Assembly: GCA_965649765.1 (NCBI GenBank)
Contig: OZ287751.1
Span: 42,904,001-42,968,000 of the forward strand
DNA from: Bispira polyomma
Lineage: Eukaryota
Length of the DNA: 64,000 bases
Direction of reading: 5' to 3'
The notes under the pieces: generated by a model
What the model was told of the DNA's origin: nothing
The model's database searches: none
What the model saw: only the letters and a program-made list of their open reading frames with translations
Program-made: the position numbers and the translations under genes
Shown: in pieces, positions 35,745 through 48,492 of the stretch
Layout of the letters: each line of letters opens with the position of its first letter
Numbering within the stretch: position 1 is the first letter of the stretch

Positions 35745-36299
35745 TTATTTCTTAGCCTTCTTTGGCTTTGCTGCTCGTTTAGCCTTTGGTTTCTTAGGCT
35801 TGGCCTTCCTTGCAGTCTTTTTGGCTGCCTTTGGTTTCCTCGATTTCTTGGCCTTACTCTTCTTAGCAGCAGCTTTCTTGGCCTTGGGTTTCTTAGCCTT
35901 CTTGACTTTCTTTGCCTTCTTCACTTTCTTCTTCTTTTGCTTCTTGGTCTTTTTCTTTCTTGGAGCTTTAGGTACTTTTCCAACACGGAACCTTCCAGAG
36001 GCACCAGTTCCAGATGCTTGCTTAAACACACCAGTGGTCACCCCTCTTTTCAGGCTCATCTTGATGTGTGGTGTTAACCTGTTCATGTCCACCCTGTTGT
36101 TGCCAGCAATGTGCTTTTTGATGGCAGCCAGTGAAGTTCCCTTGCGATCTTTGGAAGTTCTTAGAGCAGTTAAAATCATGGCCTGTACAGGAGGATGGGT
36201 GGCAGCCTTCTTTGGCTTCCTTGCCCTCTTCTTAGGAGAAGCAGCCCTCTTTGCAGGAGATCCCGACTTAGCAGGTGATCCAGACCTTGATGCAGCCAT
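35745..36299 (-). CDS. H1: Histone H1 copy 15 (184 aa)
   Basis: Intact ORF, array member. Confidence 0.96.
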   Translation of the reverse strand: MAASRSGSPAKSGSPAKRAASPKKRARKPKKAATHPPVQAMILTALRTSKDRKGTSLAAIKKHIAGNNRVDMNRLTPHIKMSLKRGVTTGVFKQASGTGASGRFRVGKVPKAPRKKKTKKQKKKKVKKAKKVKKAKKPKAKKAAAKKSKAKKSRKPKAAKKTARKAKPKKPKAKRAAKPKKAKK

Positions 36300-37771
36300 T
36301 GTTATCTCTCTCAGTGGTTACAGAGAAATGAATCACTTGTTAATTAGAGCTCACGTCTTTTATAATGAAATTTCGGACGTCAAAGAAAGCCCCACAGACG
36401 TGACGTGATTCTTGTGTGTCTGGATTGACAGGGGCTCTGAAATTTGTGTTAATAAGTCACAGGAATTTGTCTAATTTACTGGAGTAATTGATACATTCAT
36501 TGAAATTTTTTCACAGAATCAATTTCTTACATATTCATCAGTCATATTCAATGTGTATTTGAAAAGTTAAGGCGTCTATTATTGCCAAAGTTCACTGAAA
36601 ATGCATTTTCACTGCATGTGTGTAATGATTAAAAAATTAAGTATTTTTTTCAAATTACCTTCAATATACCCTTTTAGTCATATTAAAGTAGCAATTTACA
36701 CATATATATTATAGATTACATGTTTTCCTTGCATAATACTGTAAGAATTGGTCATTTAGTCTAATTGGAGGTGAATAACTGTGCATATGAAGTGGAGTCA
36801 GAAACACAAATTCTAATCTAGCAACAAGCTACTTGGTGTGTTACACAGATAGGGCTGAAGCACAACCTGTGAGTTTATACATATCAATAAAGACACAACC
36901 AGTATGATTTTACAACAATGTAATAGCCACTTTTTTTGTAATTCCTCCCACCTAATTGTTTCTTTGATAATTTTTATATCACCTGCCTCACCCACCAGCT
37001 GTGATACTTTCTTTTCACACCGGTAAAGTTATGTACTTATTGCAGTCATGTCATACAATATTGTTTGTTTTTTATTCTTTCTATATAATTCCAGCAGATA
37101 CCTGCCTTGGATATATTTCTGCAGAATTATTAATCAACAATGTTTTCTTTATAAAGACCACATCATTAACTGTACAAAATGATGCTTTTCCCTTACAAAT
37201 TTTGTGGCACCTTTGTTAAACTCACATACTTGATAGATTATACATATCGTGTATAAACTAACATACAGTATTTACATATTATATATATCACTTACAAAAT
37301 CATATTTTGTGTCCTCTTATTGAATGATGGTTATACACAGGTTTACACAACATGTCTTTTTGGCATATTTAGAGAGATTTCAGAAAAAATAAAAAATAAT
37401 ATTAGCTGGCCAAGGGATGAAAAAAAATTAGTATTTATAGAGGTGGTCTATTAACACAATTAATAAATAGTTAAATGTGTCTGAAAAAAGATTTCTCAGA
37501 TTAGAATTGTGTACTTTGAGTGTGTCTAAAATATATATTAATTATATTAGAATTGTGTATTTTGAGTGGTCTTTGTTGTTAAAATATTTTTATGAAGCCA
37601 AAAAAAAAAAAAGACTTAATATTTGATATGACATATACTCATAGATTTACACTATAAAATGATTACACTTGATAGAAAGGAATTCTCTCTGTAGAAAGAT
37701 GAGGTTGGTCCTGAAAAGGACCTTTAATTTTAGTCACATGGACAAAACTCCAGCAGTGGCACTGTGGTGGT

Positions 37772-38335
37772 TTATTTCTTAGCCTTCTTTGGCTTTGCTG
37801 CTCGTTTAGCCTTTGGTTTCTTAGGCTTGGCCTTCCTTGCAGTCTTTTTGGCTGCCTTTGGTTTCCTCGATTTCTTGGCCTTACTCTTCTTAGCAGCAGC
37901 TTTCTTGGCCTTGGGTTTCTTAGCCTTCTTGACTTTCTTTGCCTTCTTGACTTTCTTCGCTTTCTTCTTCTTTTGCTTCTTGGTCTTTTTCTTTCTTGGA
38001 GCTTTAGGTACTTTTCCAACACGGAACCTTCCAGAGGCACCAGTTCCAGATGCTTGCTTAAACACACCAGTGGTCACCCCTCTTTTCAGGCTCATCTTGA
38101 TGTGTGGTGTTAACCTGTTCATGTCCACCCTGTTGTTGCCAGCAATGTGCTTTTTGATGGCAGCCAGTGAAGTTCCCTTGCGATCTTTGGAAGTTCTTAG
38201 AGCAGTTAAAATCATGGCCTGTACAGGAGGATGGGTGGCAGCCTTCTTTGGCTTCCTTGCCCTCTTCTTAGGAGAAGCAGCCCTCTTTGCAGGAGATCCC
38301 GACTTAGCAGGTGATCCAGACCTTGATGCAGCCAT
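37772..38335 (-). CDS. H1: Histone H1 copy 16 (187 aa)
   Basis: Intact ORF, array member. Confidence 0.96.
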   Translation of the reverse strand: MAASRSGSPAKSGSPAKRAASPKKRARKPKKAATHPPVQAMILTALRTSKDRKGTSLAAIKKHIAGNNRVDMNRLTPHIKMSLKRGVTTGVFKQASGTGASGRFRVGKVPKAPRKKKTKKQKKKKAKKVKKAKKVKKAKKPKAKKAAAKKSKAKKSRKPKAAKKTARKAKPKKPKAKRAAKPKKAKK

Positions 38336-39806
38336 TGTTATCTCTCTCAGTGGTTACAGAGAAATGAATCACTTGTTAATTAGAGCTCACGTCTTTTATA
38401 ATGAAATTTCGGACGTCAAAGAAAGCCCCACAGACGTGACGTGATTCTTGTGTGTCTGGATTGACAGGGGCTCTGAAATTTGTGTTAATAAGTCACAGGA
38501 ATTTGTCTAATTTACTGGAGTAATTGATACATTCATTGAAATTTTTTCACAGAATCAATTTCTTACATATTCATCAGTCATATTCAATGTGTATTTGAAA
38601 AGTTAAGGTGTCTATTATTGCCAAAGTTCACTGAAAATGCATTTTCACTGCATGTGTCTAATGATTAAAAAATTAAGTATTTTTTTCAAATTACCTCCAA
38701 TATACCCTTTTAGTCATATTAAAGTAGCAATTTACACATATATATTATAGATTACATGTTTTCCTTGCATAATACTGTAAGAATTGGTCATTTAGTCTAA
38801 TTGGAGGTGAATAACTGTGCATATGAAGTGGAGTCAGAAACACAAATTCTAATCTAGCAACAAGCTACTTGGTGTGTTACACAGATAGGGCTGAAGCACA
38901 ACCTGTGAGTTTATACATATCAATAAAGACACAACCAGTATGATTTTACAACAATATAATAGCCACTTTTTTTGTAATTCCTCCCACCTAATTGTTTCTT
39001 TGATAATTTTTATATCACCTGCCTCACCCACCAGCTGTGATACTTTCTTTTCACACCGGTAAAGTTATGTACTTACTGCAGTCATGTCATACAATATTGT
39101 TTGTTTTTTATTCTTTCTATATAATTCCAGCAGATACCTGCCTTGGATATATTTCTGCAGAATTATTAATCAACAATGTTTTCTTTATAAAGACCACATC
39201 ATTAACTGTACAAAATGATGCTTTTCCCTTACAAATTTTGTGGCACCTTTGTTAAACTCACATACTTGATAGATTATACATATCGTGTATAAACTAACAT
39301 ACAGTATTTACATATTATATATATCACTTACAAAATCATATTTTGTGTCCTCTTATTGAATGATGGTTATACACAGGTTTACACAACATGTCTTTTTGGC
39401 ATATTTAGAGAGATTTCAGAAAAAAAAAAAAATAATATTAGCTGGCCAAGGGATGAAAAAAAATTAGTATTTATAGAGGTGGTCTATTAACACAATTAAT
39501 AAATAGTTAAATGTGTCTGAAAAAAGATTTCTCAGATTAGAATTGTGTACTTTGAGCGTGTCTAAAATATATATTAATTATATTAGAATTGTGTATTTTG
39601 AGTGGTCTTTGTTGTTAAAATATTTTTATGAAGCCAAAAAAAAAAAAGACTTAATATTTGATATGACATATACTCATAGATTTACACTATAAAATGATTA
39701 CACTTGATAGAAAGGAATTCTCTCTGTAGAAAGATGAGGTTGGTCCTGAAAAGGACCTTTAATTTTAGTCACATGGACAAAACTCCAGCAGTGGCACTGT
39801 GGTGGT

Positions 39807-40361
39807 TTATTTCTTAGCCTTCTTTGGCTTTGCTGCTCGTTTAGCCTTTGGTTTCTTAGGCTTGGCCTTCCTTGCAGTCTTTTTGGCTGCCTTTGGTTTC
39901 CTCGATTTCTTGGCCTTACTCTTCTTAGCAGCAGCTTTCTTGGCCTTGGGTTTCTTAGCCTTCTTGACTTTCTTTGCCTTCTTCACTTTCTTCTTCTTTT
40001 GCTTCTTGGTCTTTTTCTTTCTTGGAGCTTTAGGTACTTTTCCAACACGGAACCTTCCAGAGGCACCAGTTCCAGATGCTTGCTTAAACACACCAGTGGT
40101 CACCCCTCTTTTCAGGCTCATCTTGATGTGTGGTGTTAACCTGTTCATGTCCACCCTGTTGTTGCCAGCAATGTGCTTTTTGATGGCAGCCAGTGAAGTT
40201 CCCTTGCGATCTTTGGAAGTTCTTAGAGCAGTTAAAATCATGGCCTGTACAGGAGGATGGGTGGCAGCCTTCTTTGGCTTCCTTGCCCTCTTCTTAGGAG
40301 AAGCAGCCCTCTTTGCAGGAGATCCCGACTTAGCAGGTGATCCAGACCTTGATGCAGCCAT
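39807..40361 (-). CDS. H1: Histone H1 copy 17 (184 aa)
   Basis: Intact ORF, array member. Confidence 0.96.
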   Translation of the reverse strand: MAASRSGSPAKSGSPAKRAASPKKRARKPKKAATHPPVQAMILTALRTSKDRKGTSLAAIKKHIAGNNRVDMNRLTPHIKMSLKRGVTTGVFKQASGTGASGRFRVGKVPKAPRKKKTKKQKKKKVKKAKKVKKAKKPKAKKAAAKKSKAKKSRKPKAAKKTARKAKPKKPKAKRAAKPKKAKK

Positions 40362-41831
40362 TGTTATCTCTCTCAGTGGTTACAGAGAAATGAATCACTT
40401 GTTAATTAGAGCTCACGTCTTTTATAATGAAATTTCGGACGTCAAAGAAAGCCCCACAGACGTGACGTGATTCTTGTGTGTCTGGATTGACAGGGGCTCT
40501 GAAATTTGTGTTAATAAGTCACAGGAATTTGTCTAATTTACTGGAGTAATTGATACATTCATTGAAATTTTTTCACAGAATCAATTTCTTACATATTCAT
40601 CAGTCATATTCAATGTGTATTTGAAAAGTTAAGGCGTCTATTATTGCCAAAGTTCACTGAAAATGCATTTTCACTGCATGTGTGTAATGATTAAAAAATT
40701 AAGTATTTTTTTCAAATTACCTTCAATATACCCTTTTAGTCATATTAAAGTAGCAATTTACACATATATATTATAGATTACATGTTTTCCTTGCATAATA
40801 CTGTAAGAATTGGTCATTTAGTCTAATTGGAGGTGAATAACTGTGCATATGAAGTGGAGTCAGAAACACAAATTCTAATCTAGCAACAAGCTACTTGGTG
40901 TGTTACACAGATAGGGCTGAAGCACAACCTGTGAGTTTATACATATCAATAAAGACACAACCAGTATGATTTTACAACAATGTAATAGCCACTTTTTTGT
41001 AATTCCTCCCACCTAATTGTTTCTTTGATAATTTTTATATCACCTGCCTCACCCACCAGCTGTGATACTTTCTTTTCACACCGGTAAAGTTATGTACTTA
41101 CTGCAGTCATGTCATACAATATTGTTTGTTTTTTATTCTTTCTATATAATTCCAGCAGATACCTGCCTTGGATATATTTCTGCAGAATTATTAATCAACA
41201 ATGTTTTCTTTATAAAGACCACATCATTAACTGTACAAAATGATGCTTTTCCCTTACAAATTTTGTGGCACCTTTGTTAAACTCACATACTTGATAGATT
41301 ATACATATCGTGTATAAACTAACATACAGTATTTACATATTATATATATCACTTACAAAATCATATTTTGTGTCCTCTTATTGAATGATGGTTGTACACA
41401 GGTTTACACAACATGTCTTTTTGGCATATTTAGAGAGATTTCAGAAAAAAAAAAAATAATATTAGCTGGCCAAGGGATGAAAAAAAATTAGTATTTATAG
41501 AGGTGGTCTATTAACACAATTAATAAATAGTTAAATGTGTCTGAAAAAAGATTTCTCAGATTAGAATTGTGTACTTTGAGTGTGTCTAAAATATATATTA
41601 ATTATATTAGAATTGTGTATTTTGAGTGGTCTTTGTTGTTAAAATATTTTTATGAAGCCAAAAAAAAAAAAAGACTTAATATTTGATATGACATATACTC
41701 ATAGATTTACACTATAAAATGATTACACTTGATAGAAAGGAATTCTCTCTGTAGAAAGATGAGGTTGGTCCTGAAAAGGACCTTTAATTTTAGTCACATG
41801 GACAAAACTCCAGCAGTGGCACTGTGGTGGT

Positions 41832-42386
41832 TTATTTCTTAGCCTTCTTTGGCTTTGCTGCTCGTTTAGCCTTTGGTTTCTTAGGCTTGGCCTTCCTTGC
41901 AGTCTTTTTGGCTGCCTTTGGTTTCCTCGATTTCTTGGCCTTACTCTTCTTAGCAGCAGCTTTCTTGGCCTTGGGTTTCTTAGCCTTCTTGACTTTCTTT
42001 GCCTTCTTCACTTTCTTCTTCTTTTGCTTCTTGGTCTTTTTCTTTCTTGGAGCTTTAGGTACTTTTCCAACACGGAACCTTCCAGAGGCACCAGTTCCAG
42101 ATGCTTGCTTAAACACACCAGTGGTCACCCCTCTTTTCAGGCTCATCTTGATGTGTGGTGTTAACCTGTTCATGTCCACCCTGTTGTTGCCAGCAATGTG
42201 CTTTTTGATGGCAGCCAGTGAAGTTCCCTTGCGATCTTTGGAAGTTCTTAGAGCAGTTAAAATCATGGCCTGTACAGGAGGATGGGTGGCAGCCTTCTTT
42301 GGCTTCCTTGCCCTCTTCTTAGGAGAAGCAGCCCTCTTTGCAGGAGATCCCGACTTAGCAGGTGATCCAGACCTTGATGCAGCCAT
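41832..42386 (-). CDS. H1: Histone H1 copy 18 (184 aa)
   Basis: Intact ORF, array member. Confidence 0.96.
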   Translation of the reverse strand: MAASRSGSPAKSGSPAKRAASPKKRARKPKKAATHPPVQAMILTALRTSKDRKGTSLAAIKKHIAGNNRVDMNRLTPHIKMSLKRGVTTGVFKQASGTGASGRFRVGKVPKAPRKKKTKKQKKKKVKKAKKVKKAKKPKAKKAAAKKSKAKKSRKPKAAKKTARKAKPKKPKAKRAAKPKKAKK

Positions 42387-43858
42387 TGTTATCTCTCTCA
42401 GTGGTTACAGAGAAATGAATCACTTGTTAATTAGAGCTCACGTCTTTTATAATGAAATTTCGGACGTCAAAGAAAGCCCCACAGACGTGACGTGATTCTT
42501 GTGTGTCTGGATTGACAGGGGCTCTGAAATTTGTGTTAATAAGTCACAGGAATTTGTCTAATTTACTGGAGTAATTGATACATTCATTGAAATTTTTTCA
42601 CAGAATCAATTTCTTACATATTCATCAGTCATATTCAATGTGTATTTGAAAAGTTAAGGCGTCTATTATTGCCAAAGTTCACTGAAAATGCATTTTCACT
42701 GCATGTGTGTAATGATTAAAAAATTAAGTATTTTTTTCAAATTACCTTCAATATACCCTTTTAGTCATATTAAAGTAGCAATTTACACATATATATTATA
42801 GATTACATGTTTTCCTTGCATAATACTGTAAGAATTGGTCATTTAGTCTAATTGGAGGTGAATAACTGTGCATATGAAGTGGAGTCAGAAACACAAATTC
42901 TAATCTAGCAACAAGCTACTTGGTGTGTTACACAGATAGGGCTGAAGCACAACCTGTGAGTTTATACATATCAATAAAGACACAACCAGTATGATTTTAC
43001 AACAATGTAATAGCCACTTTTTTTGTAATTCCTCCCACCTAATTGTTTCTTTGATAATTTTTATATCACCTGCCTCACCCACCAGCTGTGATACTTTCTT
43101 TTCACACCGGTAAAGTTATGTACTTACTGCAGTCATGTCATACAATATTGTTTGTTTTTTATTCTTTCTATATAATTCCAGCAGATACCTGCCTTGGATA
43201 TATTTCTGCAGAATTATTAATCAACAATGTTTTCTTTATAAAGACCACATCATTAACTGTACAAAATGATGCTTTTCCCTTACAAATTTTGTGGCACCTT
43301 TGTTAAACTCACATACTTGATAGATTATACATATCGTGTATAAACTAACATACAGTATTTACATATTATATATATCACTTACAAAATCATATTTTGTGTC
43401 CTCTTATTGAATGATGGTTATACACAGGTTTACACAACATGTCTTTTTGGCATATTTAGAGAGATTTCAGAAAAAATAAAAAATAATATTAGCTGGCCAA
43501 GGGATGAAAAAAAATTAGTATTTATAGAGGTGGTCTATTAACACAATTAATAAATAGTTAAATGTGTCTGAAAAAAGATTTCTCAGATTAGAATTGTGTA
43601 CTTTGAGTGTGTCTAAAATATATATTAATTATATTAGAATTGTGTATTTTGAGTGGTCTTTGTTGTTAAAATATTTTTATGAAGCCAAAAAAAAAAAAAG
43701 ACTTAATATTTGATATGACATATACTCATAGATTTACACTATAAAATGATTACACTTGATAGAAAGGAATTCTCTCTGTAGAAAGATGAGGTTGGTCCTG
43801 AAAAGGACCTTTAATTTTAGTCACATGGACAAAACTCCAGCAGTGGCACTGTGGTGGT

Positions 43859-44422
43859 TTATTTCTTAGCCTTCTTTGGCTTTGCTGCTCGTTTAGCCTT
43901 TGGTTTCTTAGGCTTGGCCTTCCTTGCAGTCTTTTTGGCTGCCTTTGGTTTCCTCGATTTCTTGGCCTTACTCTTCTTAGCAGCAGCTTTCTTGGCCTTG
44001 GGTTTCTTAGCCTTCTTGACTTTCTTTGCCTTCTTGACTTTCTTCGCTTTCTTCTTCTTTTGCTTCTTGGTCTTTTTCTTTCTTGGAGCTTTAGGTACTT
44101 TTCCAACACGGAACCTTCCAGAGGCACCAGTTCCAGATGCTTGCTTAAACACACCAGTGGTCACCCCTCTTTTCAGGCTCATCTTGATGTGTGGTGTTAA
44201 CCTGTTCATGTCCACCCTGTTGTTGCCAGCAATGTGCTTTTTGATGGCAGCCAGTGAAGTTCCCTTGCGATCTTTGGAAGTTCTTAGAGCAGTTAAAATC
44301 ATGGCCTGTACAGGAGGATGGGTGGCAGCCTTCTTTGGCTTCCTTGCCCTCTTCTTAGGAGAAGCAGCCCTCTTTGCAGGAGATCCCGACTTAGCAGGTG
44401 ATCCAGACCTTGATGCAGCCAT
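43859..44422 (-). CDS. H1: Histone H1 copy 19 (187 aa)
   Basis: Intact ORF, array member. Confidence 0.96.
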   Translation of the reverse strand: MAASRSGSPAKSGSPAKRAASPKKRARKPKKAATHPPVQAMILTALRTSKDRKGTSLAAIKKHIAGNNRVDMNRLTPHIKMSLKRGVTTGVFKQASGTGASGRFRVGKVPKAPRKKKTKKQKKKKAKKVKKAKKVKKAKKPKAKKAAAKKSKAKKSRKPKAAKKTARKAKPKKPKAKRAAKPKKAKK

Positions 44423-45894
44423 TGTTATCTCTCTCAGTGGTTACAGAGAAATGAATCACTTGTTAATTAGAGCTCACGTCTTTTATAATGAAATTTCGGA
44501 CGTCAAAGAAAGCCCCACAGACGTGACGTGATTCTTGTGTGTCTGGATTGACAGGGGCTCTGAAATTTGTGTTAATAAGTCACAGGAATTTGTCTAATTT
44601 ACTGGAGTAATTGATACATTCATTGAAATTTTTTCACAGAATCAATTTCTTACATATTCATCAGTCATATTCAATGTGTATTTGAAAAGTTAAGGTGTCT
44701 ATTATTGCCAAAGTTCACTGAAAATGCATTTTCACTGCATGTGTCTAATGATTAAAAAATTAAGTATTTTTTTCAAATTACCTCCAATATACCCTTTTAG
44801 TCATATTAAAGTAGCAATTTACACATATATATTATAGATTACATGTTTTCCTTGCATAATACTGTAAGAATTGGTCATTTAGTCTAATTGGAGGTGAATA
44901 ACTGTGCATATGAAGTGGAGTCAGAAACACAAATTCTAATCTAGCAACAAGCTACTTGGTGTGTTACACAGATAGGGCTGAAGCACAACCTGTGAGTTTA
45001 TACATATCAATAAAGACACAACCAGTATGATTTTACAACAATATAATAGCCACTTTTTTTGTAATTCCTCCCACCTAATTGTTTCTTTGATAATTTTTAT
45101 ATCACCTGCCTCACCCACCAGCTGTGATACTTTCTTTTCACACCGGTAAAGTTATGTACTTACTGCAGTCATGTCATACAATATTGTTTGTTTTTTATTC
45201 TTTCTATATAATTCCAGCAGATACCTGCCTTGGATATATTTCTGCAGAATTATTAATCAACAATGTTTTCTTTATAAAGACCACATCATTAACTGTACAA
45301 AATGATGCTTTTCCCTTACAAATTTTGTGGCACCTTTGTTAAACTCACATACTTGATAGATTATACATATCGTGTATAAACTAACATACAGTATTTACAT
45401 ATTATATATATCACTTACAAAATCATATTTTGTGTCCTCTTATTGAATGATGGTTATACACAGGTTTACACAACATGTCTTTTTGGCATATTTAGAGAGA
45501 TTTCAGAAAAAAAAAAAAATAATATTAGCTGGCCAAGGGATGAAAAAAAATTAGTATTTATAGAGGTGGTCTATTAACACAATTAATAAATAGTTAAATG
45601 TGTCTGAAAAAAGATTTCTCAGATTAGAATTGTGTACTTTGAGCGTGTCTAAAATATATATTAATTATATTAGAATTGTGTATTTTGAGTGGTCTTTGTT
45701 GTTAAAATATTTTTATGAAGCCAAAAAAAAAAAAAGACTTAATATTTGATATGACATATACTCATAGATTTACACTATAAAATGATTACACTTGATAGAA
45801 AGGAATTCTCTCTGTAGAAAGATGAGGTTGGTCCTGAAAAGGACCTTTAATTTTAGTCACATGGACAAAACTCCAGCAGTGGCACTGTGGTGGT

Positions 45895-46458
45895 TTATTT
45901 CTTAGCCTTCTTTGGCTTTGCTGCTCGTTTAGCCTTTGGTTTCTTAGGCTTGGCCTTCCTTGCAGTCTTTTTGGCTGCCTTTGGTTTCCTCGATTTCTTG
46001 GCCTTACTCTTCTTAGCAGCAGCTTTCTTGGCCTTGGGTTTCTTAGCCTTCTTGACTTTCTTTGCCTTCTTGACTTTCTTCGCTTTCTTCTTCTTTTGCT
46101 TCTTGGTCTTTTTCTTTCTTGGAGCTTTAGGTACTTTTCCAACACGGAACCTTCCAGAGGCACCAGTTCCAGATGCTTGCTTAAACACACCAGTGGTCAC
46201 CCCTCTTTTCAGGCTCATCTTGATGTGTGGTGTTAACCTGTTCATGTCCACCCTGTTGTTGCCAGCAATGTGCTTTTTGATGGCAGCCAGTGAAGTTCCC
46301 TTGCGATCTTTGGAAGTTCTTAGAGCAGTTAAAATCATGGCCTGTACAGGAGGATGGGTGGCAGCCTTCTTTGGCTTCCTTGCCCTCTTCTTAGGAGAAG
46401 CAGCCCTCTTTGCAGGAGATCCCGACTTAGCAGGTGATCCAGACCTTGATGCAGCCAT
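45895..46458 (-). CDS. H1: Histone H1 copy 20 (187 aa)
   Basis: Intact ORF, array member. Confidence 0.96.
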   Translation of the reverse strand: MAASRSGSPAKSGSPAKRAASPKKRARKPKKAATHPPVQAMILTALRTSKDRKGTSLAAIKKHIAGNNRVDMNRLTPHIKMSLKRGVTTGVFKQASGTGASGRFRVGKVPKAPRKKKTKKQKKKKAKKVKKAKKVKKAKKPKAKKAAAKKSKAKKSRKPKAAKKTARKAKPKKPKAKRAAKPKKAKK

Positions 46459-47929
46459 TGTTATCTCTCTCAGTGGTTACAGAGAAATGAATCACTTGTT
46501 AATTAGAGCTCACGTCTTTTATAATGAAATTTCGGACGTCAAAGAAAGCCCCACAGACGTGACGTGATTCTTGTGTGTCTGGATTGACAGGGGCTCTGAA
46601 ATTTGTGTTAATAAGTCACAGGAATTTGTCTAATTTACTGGAGTAATTGATACATTCATTGAAATTTTTTCACAGAATCAATTTCTTACATATTCATCAG
46701 TCATATTCAATGTGTATTTGAAAAGTTAAGGCGTCTATTATTGCCAAAGTTCACTGAAAATGCATTTTCACTGCATGTGTGTAATGATTAAAAAATTAAG
46801 TATTTTTTTCAAATTACCTTCAATATACCCTTTTAGTCATATTAAAGTAGCAATTTACACATATATATTATAGATTACATGTTTTCCTTGCATAATACTG
46901 TAAGAATTGGTCATTTAGTCTAATTGGAGGTGAATAACTGTGCATATGAAGTGGAGTCAGAAACACAAATTCTAATCTAGCAACAAGCTACTTGGTGTGT
47001 TACACAGATAGGGCTGAAGCACAACCTGTGAGTTTATACATATCAATAAAGACACAACCAGTATGATTTTACAACAATGTAATAGCCACTTTTTTGTAAT
47101 TCCTCCCACCTAATTGTTTCTTTGATAATTTTTATATCACCTGCCTCACCCACCAGCTGTGATACTTTCTTTTCACACCGGTAAAGTTATGTACTTACTG
47201 CAGTCATGTCATACAATATTGTTTGTTTTTTATTCTTTCTATATAATTCCAGCAGATACCTGCCTTGGATATATTTCTGCAGAATTATTAATCAACAATG
47301 TTTTCTTTATAAAGACCACATCATTAACTGTACAAAATGATGCTTTTCCCTTACAAATTTTGTGGCACCTTTGTTAAACTCACATACTTGATAGATTATA
47401 CATATCGTGTATAAACTAACATACAGTATTTACATATTATATATATCACTTACAAAATCATATTTTGTGTCCTCTTATTGAATGATGGTTATACACAGGT
47501 TTACACAACATGTCTTTTTGGCATATTTAGAGAGATTTCAGAAAAAATAAAAAATAATATTAGCTGGCCAAGGGATGAAAAAAAATTAGTATTTATAGAG
47601 GTGGTCTATTAACACAATTAATAAATAGTTAAATGTGTCTGAAAAAAGATTTCTCAGATTAGAATTGTGTACTTTGAGTGTGTCTAAAATATATATTAAT
47701 TATATTAGAATTGTGTATTTTGAGTGGTCTTTGTTGTTAAAATATTTTTATGAAGCCAAAAAAAAAAAAAGACTTAATATTTGATATGACATATACTCAT
47801 AGATTTACACTATAAAATGATTACACTTGATAGAAAGGAATTCTCTCTGTAGAAAGATGAGGTTGGTCCTGAAAAGGACCTTTAATTTTAGTCACATGGA
47901 CAAAACTCCAGCAGTGGCACTGTGGTGGT

Positions 47930-48492
47930 TTATTTCTTAGCCTTCTTTGGCTTTGCTGCTCGTTTAGCCTTTGGTTTCTTAGGCTTGGCCTTCCTTGCAG
48001 TCTTTTTGGCTGCCTTTGGTTTCCTCGATTTCTTGGCCTTACTCTTCTTAGCAGCAGCTTTCTTGGCCTTGGGTTTCTTAGCCTTCTTGACTTTCTTTGC
48101 CTTCTTGACTTTCTTCGCTTTCTTCTTCTTTTGCTTCTTGGTCTTTTTCTTTCTTGGAGCTTTAGGTACTTTTCCAACACGGAACCTTCCAGAGGCACCA
48201 GTTCCAGATGCTTGCTTAAACACACCAGTGGTCACCCCTCTTTCAGGCTCATCTTGATGTGTGGTGTTAACCTGTTCATGTCCACCCTGTTGTTGCCAGC
48301 AATGTGCTTTTTGATGGCAGCCAGTGAAGTTCCCTTGCGATCTTTGGAAGTTCTTAGAGCAGTTAAAATCATGGCCTGTACAGGAGGATGGGTGGCAGCC
48401 TTCTTTGGCTTCCTTGCCCTCTTCTTAGGAGAAGCAGCCCTCTTTGCAGGAGATCCCGACTTAGCAGGTGATCCAGACCTTGATGCAGCCAT
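47930..48492 (-). pseudogene. H1: Histone H1 copy 21, 1-nt deletion frameshift (86-aa product) or homopolymer assembly error
   Basis: + strand CCCCTCTTTCAGG (T3 at 48241-48243) versus CCCCTCTTTTCAGG in other copies; reads KMSLKEG*. Confidence 0.7.
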
